Position numbers and translations under genes: made by a program
Notes under the pieces: generated by a model
What the model was told of the DNA's origin: nothing
Database searches by the model: none
Seen by the model: only the letters and a program-made list of their open reading frames with translations
Shown here: piece by piece, positions 17,436-26,685 of the stretch
How the letters are laid out: each line of letters begins with the position of its first letter
How positions within the stretch are numbered: the stretch's first letter is position 1
IMG/VR virus record: IMGVR_UViG_3300005253_000361
Span: 53,124 to 117,123 of that record
DNA: 64,000 nucleotides
Origin: a virus
Direction: 5' to 3' (one strand)

Positions 17436-20363
17436 CTACGCTGCCCGGGCGCTCCTCTCGGCATCTCGCAGAGAGGCCCGAATCGGCGCCGCTGCGGCCT
17501 GCTTGAGCCACTGCAGCACGGCGAGCCTCGGGAACGGGTCGACCTCGTCCGCGTTCTCGTCGGCGAAATCGTCGAACGTCGGGATCACGAAGACCTTGTT
17601 GAAGGTCCGGCCGAACGCGCGAGAGAGCCCGTACGTCACGGTCGAGTACCCGAGCTCAGGGTCCACGTCCATCACGTGCCGCAGCGACTCGACCTCAGCG
17701 GTCAGGATCGCCCCGTCGACAACACTGACGACCTGGTCCTGACAGTCTCCGAGGATTGCCTTCGCTTGGTTCCAGTGCGACGGCTCAAGTTCCTCGAGTC
17801 GCTGGTTCGCTTCATCGATGAAAACCCGTATCACAGTCTCGAGCCGCAGAGCCTCGCGAGTCAGCGCGGCCGTCTCCTTCGTGCCACCAAACCGGGCCAA
17901 CAGATCATCATCGCTCCCAGTGGAGTACTCGATCGGCTTCGCCGCACGGGTCGGTCGAGCCATCCCCATACCGTCCGGCCGAGAAGCGGCGGTGATGCGC
18001 TGGCCGGGAGAAAGACCGAAGAACGGAGTCGCGCGATAACCACGTGGCACCTGGCCAGAGGAAGTCATGCTGGCGCCCTCGCCCTCACCGGGGATGTCGG
18101 TGTCGACCGCGGTAGACTCATCCCCGATCTGAGCCGTGTGCACAAGCTCGAGGAACAGCCCGGGATGGATCTCGTGGAGGAGGTCAAACGTGAACTTCTC
18201 CGCCATCAGGTCCATCAGGGGCTTGAAGAGGTTGAAGACCCGCAGCTCCTTGTACGCCTCCGCGGTGTTGCCCTGAATGGCAATCCTTCCGTTCCGACGG
18301 GTCAAGAACAGTTGGTTCGGAGGAACCGAGAAACAGTAGACCTCGCCGTCATACTCGACACGGTCTACATTGGTGTTTGCCCGAACCGAAGCCTCAAAGC
18401 ACCCTTCGACAATACTCACCCGGTAAACTGGGTCATAACCGTTCCGCTGATGCACAACACTTATATGGGCACGGTACCCAAGACTAATAGCAAGAAGCTG
18501 AACCCCGTCAGCAAGCTGCTTCGACTTGGAGTAGTAGCAAGCTGCCTTCCGGTTCGGGCGAGGATCTCGACTGCCGTCCCCTGCAATAAGCGCATTGTAG
18601 AGAATCTCTAACTGGTCCCTGGACAGACCCCAAATAAACTCAGGTAGCCTCTTTTCTCCGGCCCCTTGGCCGCAGTGTTCGATGAGCCACGAGCACAATG
18701 CCTTGTCAGCCACCTGCCAGCGGCGTGTGTTGTCCGCGCTGGTTCGGCGGTCAAAAGCTACCGGCATCTGGTCCACCACATACTGCATACGCTCAACCAC
18801 TGGGGACGCTTCAGACTGACACAGATTGATCTTCCAAGTACCCTTCCCGTAGCGCTTGGCATGCCCCTCAGAGAGCCAATACCCCAAAAACTCCATAAAC
18901 AAATCCATGGGAATCCCGCGATCAGGGTAGTCGCCGTTAGGCCCCCCACCAACAGTGCAGCCCGGGAGAACGAAACCCTCCTTGCGGTCCCCCCTGTGTT
19001 CAACCGCACCGCGAAATGCCCACCGAGTATTCGCTATCTCCAACTCGTGGGCCCGATAGGTCTTGTAAGGATGGCGACCGTCTCCCAACTTGCTGTTCGA
19101 GAAGTCACGCGCCCACATCCGGTGGTCAGGCGTGACCATTACGTCCACCTGCAGGCTGTGGAAATGGACCATTTCGCCTCTGTAGGGAGCACGGTAAACG
19201 CCATCTGCAGAACATCGGTACTCAATCTGACGGGTCTCCGGGTTGAACGTAGCGACACAATCATCATCCCGAAGATCCGGAAGCGTCTTCCACCCACGCT
19301 GCGTCAACGTCTCTGTGTCGGCACTATAGCAACTTCTGTTAACATCTGCAGATTGTCCCATGTCCAGCGGAGTTACGCCGAAATTTCTAAAAATTATCTT
19401 CTCAATCCGGGGCACGATCAGCGCGATCTCCTGCTCGCGGTACGGCCGGCGGAACGGGACCCACTTCGGGGGTTCGCCGGGGCCGTAGGTCGCGTACATC
19501 TTCGTGTTGTTCTTACCGCCCTTGTTCGCAGTGAACTCTTCCTTGGCCCGTAAGTACCCTTCTTCGCCGACATCCCCAAGCGCCAAGATGCCCTGTGGAA
19601 TCTCGTTATCATTGAAGAAGGCCGCGATATCCACGCTTGCCAGTATGAGAGCTGCGACCTCCTGTGTAATCGTTTCGATGATCGGGGTCCCGTAAGGACT
19701 GTTGGTGCGCGGGTACAGTACCGAGTAGGAAATCTGGTCCGGGGTAAACCTGACCTTCTTCTCACTCTTGTCGCTGAGCTTCACAACCTGAACGAACTCC
19801 TCGATAATTCCGTTGTAGTCCCACTTGACCGCGAACCTGGCGAAATCCCGCGGGATGAACTCGACCAGGTCGCCGCCCCGAGTAAATACCTTCTCGATCA
19901 CGGCACCGTCCATGACCAGCAGATCGTTGAGGTACTGGGCCCGGACTCCCCGGAAGGAATGACCCGGCGCCGGACGGGTAAAGAGATCGACGGCGCGATT
20001 GAAGTCGCGCTTCGGCACGCCGGGCTCCGCGATGATGCGCCATGGGCAGGTCGAGAGAGCGCGAACAATGAAATCGACGCATGGCCGAACCGCGGCTGAC
20101 TTCATATAGGTCTCACGCAGATCCTTTCGCGAAAGCCTATGGTCCCACCCGGTCGTGCTGTCGGGCATGAAGACCGAACCAAACCCGCCCCCTACGTGGT
20201 CATCACGCCAGCCACGGCTGGTGACCCCAGCTGGGGTCACCGGCACCAACTGTGGATTCGCGGCCCGGGTGACCCGCGCCTGCCCACTGTCAACGAGCCG
20301 GCGGGCCTCCTCGAGACTGACGGTTTCTCCTGCTCCCCTGATCGGTACCGACAACGCCTTCAC
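17436..20363 (-). CDS. Portal protein (HK97-type) interrupted by an intein
   Basis: AVRPCVDFI...PW, YGTPIIE, FFNDNEIPQGIL, FGVTPLDMG...VNRS portal motifs; follows TerL. Confidence 0.92.
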   Translation of the reverse strand: MKALSVPIRGAGETVSLEEARRLVDSGQARVTRAANPQLVPVTPAGVTSRGWRDDHVGGGFGSVFMPDSTTGWDHRLSRKDLRETYMKSAAVRPCVDFIVRALSTCPWRIIAEPGVPKRDFNRAVDLFTRPAPGHSFRGVRAQYLNDLLVMDGAVIEKVFTRGGDLVEFIPRDFARFAVKWDYNGIIEEFVQVVKLSDKSEKKVRFTPDQISYSVLYPRTNSPYGTPIIETITQEVAALILASVDIAAFFNDNEIPQGILALGDVGEEGYLRAKEEFTANKGGKNNTKMYATYGPGEPPKWVPFRRPYREQEIALIVPRIEKIIFRNFGVTPLDMGQSADVNRSCYSADTETLTQRGWKTLPDLRDDDCVATFNPETRQIEYRCSADGVYRAPYRGEMVHFHSLQVDVMVTPDHRMWARDFSNSKLGDGRHPYKTYRAHELEIANTRWAFRGAVEHRGDRKEGFVLPGCTVGGGPNGDYPDRGIPMDLFMEFLGYWLSEGHAKRYGKGTWKINLCQSEASPVVERMQYVVDQMPVAFDRRTSADNTRRWQVADKALCSWLIEHCGQGAGEKRLPEFIWGLSRDQLEILYNALIAGDGSRDPRPNRKAACYYSKSKQLADGVQLLAISLGYRAHISVVHQRNGYDPVYRVSIVEGCFEASVRANTNVDRVEYDGEVYCFSVPPNQLFLTRRNGRIAIQGNTAEAYKELRVFNLFKPLMDLMAEKFTFDLLHEIHPGLFLELVHTAQIGDESTAVDTDIPGEGEGASMTSSGQVPRGYRATPFFGLSPGQRITAASRPDGMGMARPTRAAKPIEYSTGSDDDLLARFGGTKETAALTREALRLETVIRVFIDEANQRLEELEPSHWNQAKAILGDCQDQVVSVVDGAILTAEVESLRHVMDVDPELGYSTVTYGLSRAFGRTFNKVFVIPTFDDFADENADEVDPFPRLAVLQWLKQAAAAPIRASLRDAERSARAA
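18267..19331 (-). mobile_element. Intein (355 aa) with LAGLIDADG homing endonuclease
   Basis: Begins CYSADTETLTQRGWK; block B VTPDHRM; LAGLIDADG-like FLGYWLSEG and YNALIAGDGS; ends VYCFSVPPN...RNGRIAIQGN followed by Thr+1. Confidence 0.92.
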
Positions 20364-20433
20364 CTCTCCTTATATGGGTTCCACACCTGAATCCACAGTA
20401 TGAGAGGGTAGGGGAGACGTTGTAAATCAAACT

Positions 20434-22038
20434 CTAACCGAAGTTCCAGATCCCAAACCCACCGGCCTGGCGCGCCCGAAACTTGATCGCCCGCTGGGCA
20501 ATCCAAAGAGCCATGACGGTGTCGGTCTTCTTGGACCCGGGGTACCAGTTGACCATCTCGTAGAGCCATACGCACCAGGGGCACACGCACCCGTCGGGAT
20601 GCCGAAACTTCATCGGGATGACCCAGTTGCCCCGCTGGAACTCGGCCGCCAGCAACGGGATGCCCTCGTTGAGGTCCATCTTCTGGCTACCGGTCCGGTG
20701 AGCCTCGAGCGGAAGGTTGACCCCATCCATGTCCTCCATCCAGTCGATCAACGCCTGCTGGTAGTAGTTGTTCTCCACCATGACGGCGTTCGGATGGTAG
20801 GTCTCGTAGACGTCAATGAGCTGTCGAGCTGTATTGGGAGAGGTCCAGTGGCCGCGCCGAATGTCGATCGGGATCCGGGTGCCCTTCGGGAGGCTCCCCG
20901 TCCCGTCGGCGACCGCCACAGTGAAGATGACGCTGGGGCAGTTGGTCTTCTTGAGCCCAATCCCGAGATCCACTCCGGTGTAACGGGTGTACTCGGCGAA
21001 CTCGGGGTCGTCGGGAGAGATGCCGTACACGATCGAGCCGTCGGAATTGTCGTCGCCGTAGAAGAACTCCCTACGGAACAGCCGGACCGACTCATCCATG
21101 GGACGGTTACGGTGCGAACGGTTGAAGACAAAGACACCGCGCTCCTGGCACTCCGCCTCGTACGCCTCTTTGGTCCAATCCTGACCGCCGGGAATCGGCA
21201 GATCAAACGAGGAGCCGTGCCAGGACTCGATAGAGTTGAAGTCGTCCGCGACACCGTAGACGCGGTGCTGCCACGCGGGGTTCTTGATGACCCGCATTGA
21301 GCAGTCATCCTCGTGCCAGAGCGTACAGATGTACCAGAAGCGAGCCTGCGGGCCGGACTTGACGTCTGCCCAGGTACCCTCAAACGCATTCGTGATGTTG
21401 TCGCGGCTGCGCTCCTCCACGACAGAGGTCTGGAGTGACGTGATGTCGTCGTACAGGATGATGTCAGCACGCCCGCCCTCCGGCGAGCTCGTCACGCCCC
21501 AGGCCTCGACGGTCGAGTCACGACTGTCGAGCGTACCCTTGGGGCGCAGGACATTGATCTGCTCGCTCGACCAGGCCTTATCGGGGTCAGGCTGCATATC
21601 GGGAAACACGGCCTGGCAGACGCCGGACGGGCACTCGACGATGTGGCGGCCAATCTCCTGCAGGTTCTTCTTCGCCCGCGTCTGACTGACCGACACCTCC
21701 TTGATGCGGATCGCCAGGCTGTTACCGATCTCCCACAGGCACCGCAGCACCGAGATCTGGGTTGACTTGCCACACCCACGTGGAGCCGCTATCAGGATGC
21801 GTGAGTGCTCGCTCAGCAGGTCCTGCCACTCGATGTGCATCGGGTGCTGGGCCCGCATAAAATGGAGCGCGACGAAGACGTTCGGATCCTTGCGAGCAAG
21901 CACAATCAGCTCCTGCTGAAGCCCCTGCTGGACCAGCTCAACTTCCGCGTCCTCCAGAGCCCCGAGATTCGGGAGCTCAACCTGGGGCGCCCAGGGCGTG
22001 ATGATCCGTGGTTCCCCCTCCTGGCCCACCTCGCACAC
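20434..22038 (-). CDS. Terminase large subunit
   Basis: Walker A APRGCGKS, Walker B GGRADIILYDD, RNase H-like GVDLG and C-terminal DTVMALWIA. Confidence 0.93.
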   Translation of the reverse strand: MCEVGQEGEPRIITPWAPQVELPNLGALEDAEVELVQQGLQQELIVLARKDPNVFVALHFMRAQHPMHIEWQDLLSEHSRILIAAPRGCGKSTQISVLRCLWEIGNSLAIRIKEVSVSQTRAKKNLQEIGRHIVECPSGVCQAVFPDMQPDPDKAWSSEQINVLRPKGTLDSRDSTVEAWGVTSSPEGGRADIILYDDITSLQTSVVEERSRDNITNAFEGTWADVKSGPQARFWYICTLWHEDDCSMRVIKNPAWQHRVYGVADDFNSIESWHGSSFDLPIPGGQDWTKEAYEAECQERGVFVFNRSHRNRPMDESVRLFRREFFYGDDNSDGSIVYGISPDDPEFAEYTRYTGVDLGIGLKKTNCPSVIFTVAVADGTGSLPKGTRIPIDIRRGHWTSPNTARQLIDVYETYHPNAVMVENNYYQQALIDWMEDMDGVNLPLEAHRTGSQKMDLNEGIPLLAAEFQRGNWVIPMKFRHPDGCVCPWCVWLYEMVNWYPGSKKTDTVMALWIAQRAIKFRARQAGGFGIWNFG

Positions 22039-22043
22039 GCGCG

Positions 22044-22607
22044 CTACTCCTCCCCGGGCGGGAGAGCCTCTGGTTCAGGGGTGACGTCGATGACAGGCCC
22101 GCCCTGCTCGTAATGAGGGGAGGACTGGGCAATCTCGAGCAGCGTCGTGATGGCGATCTTCCGGTTGGCCGGCAGACCGTGCAGGACGATATTGTGATCC
22201 GTACGGATATTCGCGGTGGGCTCGCCGAGGTGGAGGCGAAGCTTGTCGTCCCACAGCGCCAAGATCTTCATCACCTGCTCAATCTGGGTGAACTCCATCT
22301 CCTGGTCTACGAAATCCTCCATGGCCTTCGTGACCAGAAAGCGAAAGCGCTTCATGTTGTCGACGAGCTCGTCCGAATGGACGTCTACATCGACCGCCTG
22401 CTGGAGTGCACCAAGCTTCAACTTCCGGGACACTTCGTCCTTCAGCACAGCGAGGTGGCGGTCCCAGCCCTCCTCTTTGGCCCATCGGCCGAGCTGCGAT
22501 CGATCAACACCCAGTTCCTTCGCGACCAACGTGAGGTTGCCGAGCTTCTTATAAAGCTCCAGGCATCGGGTGCGCTTCTCAGTATCCTTCTTCCTACCGG
22601 CCACCAA
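22044..22607 (-). CDS. Terminase small subunit
   Basis: N-terminal HTH (NLTLVAKELGVDRSQLGRWAKEEGW); immediately upstream of TerL. Confidence 0.75.
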   Translation of the reverse strand: MVAGRKKDTEKRTRCLELYKKLGNLTLVAKELGVDRSQLGRWAKEEGWDRHLAVLKDEVSRKLKLGALQQAVDVDVHSDELVDNMKRFRFLVTKAMEDFVDQEMEFTQIEQVMKILALWDDKLRLHLGEPTANIRTDHNIVLHGLPANRKIAITTLLEIAQSSPHYEQGGPVIDVTPEPEALPPGEE

Positions 22608-22688
22608 ACATCACCCCTTGAAAAAAATGAGCGTGTACTTCGCACCCCCAATACTGGAGAGGCAAGTGCCCTCATGGCAATCAAACTC

Positions 22689-23378
22689 TCACGCGGATTC
22701 GCGGTCGAGTTCTACCTCCTTCTGCAGCAGTGCCAGCGCCCGCCAGGCCATCTTGGCCGAGTGCCGCGTCCCGTCGGTGTCGATCCCCCCACGCTGCAGA
22801 AAATGGCGGATCAGCGCGTCGCCCTCGTCACTGCTCTTGCCTCGAGCCCAGTGCAGGTGCTCACCCGGGTTGTGCTGTTCGTTACCGACCCACGAGACAT
22901 GTGCGATCTCGACGAACGCGTCGGGGAAATAGTCGAGCACGCCGCTGGCCACGGGCCGCTGCTTGCGGACTTCCGCAGCCTCCGGGAAGATGGACGCCCG
23001 GGTCGGCGCCACATCCGGCTCCTCGTCGACCTCCAGAAGCGGCCCCATAGTGGGGTACGTTATCAACTCCAATCCCAGCTCGCGAGCAATCGCCACCTCG
23101 AGGCGTGCTCCTGCGGAATTCTGCCAACCCGGCAACACCACCACCGCGTCGACTTCCAGAAGCGCCCCGACATCCTGCCGCATGTAGTGCGGGCGGGACT
23201 TCGAGGTGTCACCGCCGTCAGTTTCAGCGGGGCTGAAAACTTTCCAACCGTGGGCCTTGATGTCCTTCGAGGCAGCGCGGAACGCGGGGAAGTTGAGCTC
23301 CGGGAGGCCCGTCATAGGACCCGACAGATAGACGTAGTAGTTGGAGTGCCGTGACAACTGCGTGCCCATATCGGTCAT
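22689..23378 (-). CDS. DUF4406 (NDT-fold) fused to DUF5664-like dATP/dGTP diphosphohydrolase domain
   Basis: VYLSGPMTGLPELNFPAF...LPGWQNSAGARLE, then GVLDYFPDA...GNEQHNPGEHLHWARGKS...DALIRH...HSAKMAWRAL. Confidence 0.75.
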   Translation of the reverse strand: MTDMGTQLSRHSNYYVYLSGPMTGLPELNFPAFRAASKDIKAHGWKVFSPAETDGGDTSKSRPHYMRQDVGALLEVDAVVVLPGWQNSAGARLEVAIARELGLELITYPTMGPLLEVDEEPDVAPTRASIFPEAAEVRKQRPVASGVLDYFPDAFVEIAHVSWVGNEQHNPGEHLHWARGKSSDEGDALIRHFLQRGGIDTDGTRHSAKMAWRALALLQKEVELDRESA

Positions 23379-23863
23379 CCGATGGACCCCAGAAAGTCGT
23401 CAAGCAGACAGACGAAATAGGCCTCGTCGTCGACCACGAACACCAGATGGGCGGGCAGATCGAAAAAGTCAGAGAGGAAGTCGAACCCGTCCTGGTCCGT
23501 CATGCAGAACACCTGCTGGTGCGGCATCGAGAACACGAGCAGTGGGTTGAGGTCAATCGGGGCATCGTCCCGCGCCTCGATGAACCACTGGTAGATGATC
23601 GACTTCTTCGGGTCCCTGAACAGGCTCCGGAGCGACCAGCCCTGACGGTACTTGCACTCCCACCAGTAGGGAAACGTATCGCTGTAGGGAGCGTGCGGTA
23701 CGGCGTCGTGTGACTGCTTGTGGCCGGAACCGGCACGGTCGGCGAACTTTTGCCAGCCCCAGCCAAACGTGAACGCGATCTTCTTGGCGGTGCGGCGCTC
23801 GAACCCCTTGCCGGCGGTCCGGTTCCGCTTCCCCATCTTTCGTTGCAGCTCTTTCTTGTCCAT
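23375..23863 (-). CDS. Holliday junction resolvase-like PD-(D/E)xK nuclease
   Basis: RNRTAGKGFER...D...WECK motif. Confidence 0.75.
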   Translation of the reverse strand: MDKKELQRKMGKRNRTAGKGFERRTAKKIAFTFGWGWQKFADRAGSGHKQSHDAVPHAPYSDTFPYWWECKYRQGWSLRSLFRDPKKSIIYQWFIEARDDAPIDLNPLLVFSMPHQQVFCMTDQDGFDFLSDFFDLPAHLVFVVDDEAYFVCLLDDFLGSIG

Positions 23864-23893
23864 CTGCCTCGCTCCTTCCCCTCAGTCGGTAGG

Positions 23894-24184
23894 CTATTGC
23901 TCGTTTGCGCACCCAACAGATTCGTGAATGTTGTCCACCCAGTGGCCGATCTCACAGGCCGGGCAGAATTCCATCGCGGTCAACCCCTTCACCGCCAGCG
24001 CCATCCCCATCGCGGTGATGTGGAGCGCGCCCACTTCGCCGTTCTCCAGCATCGTCAGGAGATCCACCTGGAATTCGGCGAACGCCTCGTCGACAACATT
24101 CGGCATCCCGTGGTCCCCCTCCACACGACATGTCGGGTCCGACATCGCGTGGAAGCGCTCCTCAAACTCGTCGAATCGTGTCAT
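23894..24184 (-). CDS. Hypothetical protein
   Basis: ATGA-coupled to rmlC stop; preceded by GGAG. Confidence 0.55.
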   Translation of the reverse strand: MTRFDEFEERFHAMSDPTCRVEGDHGMPNVVDEAFAEFQVDLLTMLENGEVGALHITAMGMALAVKGLTAMEFCPACEIGHWVDNIHESVGCANEQ

Positions 24185-24663
24185 CGGTTCTCCGTCTCCC
24201 AGAACTCCGGCCCCGTGAACTCGTCCCACTGGTGGCGAAGCTCATCGGGATTCTCCCGGTCGTACGGGTGCGACGGCAGGTTGAGGATCGTGGCCCCGTC
24301 GCGTGACAACGGTGTGAAACCGTGGGCGACTCCGGGCGGGATCCAGAGCCGTGCGTCCGAACCCTTTTCGCCCAAGATGGCGTAGGCCCAACTCATATAC
24401 GAGTTCTCGGCGAGACCGCGCCGCAGATCGACAAGTCCGACCTTCATCGTGCCCTGCACGCAAAAGAAGCAGTCGGTCTGGATTGCGTGCTCGTGCCAGG
24501 CCTTCACAGCACCAAAATGACAATGGGTGATGTAGGCTTGCCCGAACTGACGAAAGTCACGATCATCCGCCCGAAGGATCTCGGTTAGAAACCCCCGGTC
24601 GTCAGCGTTCCTTTTCACGGGTTGCAGCTTCACTCCCGGCAGGCACTCTCCGACCAGACTCAT
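24181..24663 (-). CDS. rmlC: dTDP-4-dehydrorhamnose 3,5-epimerase family cupin
   Basis: DDRGFLTE, VKAWHEH..QTD, GLVDLR, LWIPPGVAHGF; start taken at MSLVGE (24663). Confidence 0.85.
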   Translation of the reverse strand: MSLVGECLPGVKLQPVKRNADDRGFLTEILRADDRDFRQFGQAYITHCHFGAVKAWHEHAIQTDCFFCVQGTMKVGLVDLRRGLAENSYMSWAYAILGEKGSDARLWIPPGVAHGFTPLSRDGATILNLPSHPYDRENPDELRHQWDEFTGPEFWETENR

Positions 24664-25658
24664 GCCGCCACCTCGGGTAATTCTCCGGTCCACTTGCCGG
24701 CGTAGTAACCGATCGTGTGAGACACACCACGATCGAGGGGGATCCTCGGCGCCCACGCCAGTTCCATCCGAGCGCGCTCCGAAGAAATGCTGTAACGCGC
24801 GTCACCGCCCGGCCGGTCCTCGACGTAGGTGATCTTGGTCTCCTCCAACCCGAAGTGGTGCAGGACCGCCAACGCAACTTCACTGACGGTCATGTACTCC
24901 TCGGATGCAATGTTGAAAATGGATCCGCTGGCACCTCGCTCGCCGGCAAGCAGGATCCCCATGGCCCCGTCGCTCACGTGGGTGAACTCGCGGAGCTGAG
25001 ATCCGTCACCGTGCACGGTGAGGTTCTGTCCCGACATCGCGAGATACACGAAGCGGGGGAACAGCTTCTCCGGGTACTGCCGCGGCCCGTACTGGTTTGC
25101 CGGGCGTAGGATTACCGTGTCCAGACCATGGGTTCGGTGGTACGCCTGAACCAAGAAGTCCGCGCCCGCCTTTGCGGCGCTGTACGGGTTGGTCGGGGCC
25201 AGCGCGGTGTCCTCCGTAGCGACATCTATCGCGCGCGTCTGCATGTCGCCGTAGACCTCGTCGGTCGACACAAAGACGAACCGTGAACCCCACTGGCGGG
25301 CCCACTCGAGCATGACCGCGGTCCCGTAGAAATCCACCTGGGCGAACGGGAGACCATTCTCGATGGAGCGGTCCACATGGGTCTCGGCCGCGAGGTGAAA
25401 GATCACATCGGGTCGCTTCACGCTGAAGCCGATGGCCTCGTCGCACACATCCAGTTCCTTCAGGATGATCTGATCCCGCACGTCACTAAGGTTCTCCCTG
25501 TCGCCGGCGTAAGTGAACTTGTCGACCACCGTCAGTGACGCGGGGGAGCGGCGAGCAAGAAGGAGCTCAACCAATCGCGAGCCGATGAAGCCCCCGCCCC
25601 CGGTCACAAGAACGTGCTTCCCGTCCAGCGACGGAGGCGCCCTGTGCGTATAAGCCAT
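24660..25658 (-). CDS. rmlB: dTDP-glucose 4,6-dehydratase
   Basis: VTGGGGFIGS, DKFTYAG, HLAAETHVDRSI, VSTDEVYG, PYSAAKA, NQYGPRQYPEKL, DRPGGDARY. Confidence 0.93.
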   Translation of the reverse strand: MAYTHRAPPSLDGKHVLVTGGGGFIGSRLVELLLARRSPASLTVVDKFTYAGDRENLSDVRDQIILKELDVCDEAIGFSVKRPDVIFHLAAETHVDRSIENGLPFAQVDFYGTAVMLEWARQWGSRFVFVSTDEVYGDMQTRAIDVATEDTALAPTNPYSAAKAGADFLVQAYHRTHGLDTVILRPANQYGPRQYPEKLFPRFVYLAMSGQNLTVHGDGSQLREFTHVSDGAMGILLAGERGASGSIFNIASEEYMTVSEVALAVLHHFGLEETKITYVEDRPGGDARYSISSERARMELAWAPRIPLDRGVSHTIGYYAGKWTGELPEVAA

Positions 25659-26383
25659 CACTCCACCCCCCTGTTCCTGATGTCGTTCTGGAGCCCGCGC
25701 ACGCCGACGCTGTACTCCAGGCTCGGGACCCGGATCTTTTCGCCCTTCGACTCGAGTAGCCGCCGGGTGTTGGTTGGGCCCCAGAAATAGCTCGTGAGGG
25801 TGAGGTGCCACTCGTCGCGGCCCTCCAACCCCTCTGCCATGTAGATCCTGTGGAGTCGCATCAACTCCATCACCCCAACCCCGATGTTCACATCCGGCCG
25901 CTGCATCAGCTCGACGCTCCAGGTCTCACCGAGCGCCACCAGGTGGGGTTCCGCGGTTTCATGAATCACCTGCATGATCCCAACAGCTCCCCGACCGCTC
26001 ACCGCGTCCGGGCGGAAGTTCGACTCTCGCTCCATCACGGCCAGCACGAGACTCGAGGTGAGCCCGTCGGCCCTGTAGAGAGTTGCGAGCTCAACCACCA
26101 TGGAGGCGATCTCGGGGATCTGCTGGAGCGTCAAGTGGTCCGATGCCTTGGCCACCAGAACGTCAACCACCGCGAGGTACTGCTGATCCACCTTCACGGC
26201 CGCCTGAGTTGCTGCAGCCTGCTGGCGTACAGCTGCCAGCTCTTCCGTGAGCGTCGCGAGCTGATCGGACTGCCGAATATTGACCACAGAACTGATAAAC
26301 AACGACACAGCCACCACCCCGGCAATCGTCCAACGAACAACCCGACTCCCCATCAGCACGTCATCAACATCCTGAGTAGTCAT
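25658..26383 (-). CDS. Lytic transglycosylase (SLT) with N-terminal membrane anchor
   Basis: LAVMERESNFRPDAVSGRGAVGIMQV SLT catalytic motif; hydrophobic N-terminus plus coiled coil. Confidence 0.85.
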   Translation of the reverse strand: MTTQDVDDVLMGSRVVRWTIAGVVAVSLFISSVVNIRQSDQLATLTEELAAVRQQAAATQAAVKVDQQYLAVVDVLVAKASDHLTLQQIPEIASMVVELATLYRADGLTSSLVLAVMERESNFRPDAVSGRGAVGIMQVIHETAEPHLVALGETWSVELMQRPDVNIGVGVMELMRLHRIYMAEGLEGRDEWHLTLTSYFWGPTNTRRLLESKGEKIRVPSLEYSVGVRGLQNDIRNRGVE

Positions 26384-26685
26384 GCTGCTTCCTCCTTCTT
26401 CGCTCGAGCGACCTGGAGCCGGATCAGGTTGCGGGCATACCCGACCCGGAGGTCGAGCATCTCGCAAATGTTTTCCAGCCCGAGGTCCTCGGGATTGAAC
26501 AAAAAAGACTCGGCATCCGCGCGAACCTTCGCCTTCGGATGGTCCAAGTCATTGACCGCGCGCTTCAGTACAGCCAGATAGAGCTTGAGCTCCCCCGGCT
26601 GAGTGCTGAGACCCAACCGACGGAACACCTGCGTGATGTCCTCGCTACGCCGGGACTGCGCGTAGCGCTTACCCGCTCGAATCAT
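26380..26685 (-). CDS. Hypothetical protein (conserved phage-type helical protein)
   Basis: LYLAVLKRAVND...AESFLF...ENICEMLDL; coupled to neighbours. Confidence 0.6.
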   Translation of the reverse strand: MIRAGKRYAQSRRSEDITQVFRRLGLSTQPGELKLYLAVLKRAVNDLDHPKAKVRADAESFLFNPEDLGLENICEMLDLRVGYARNLIRLQVARAKKEEAA

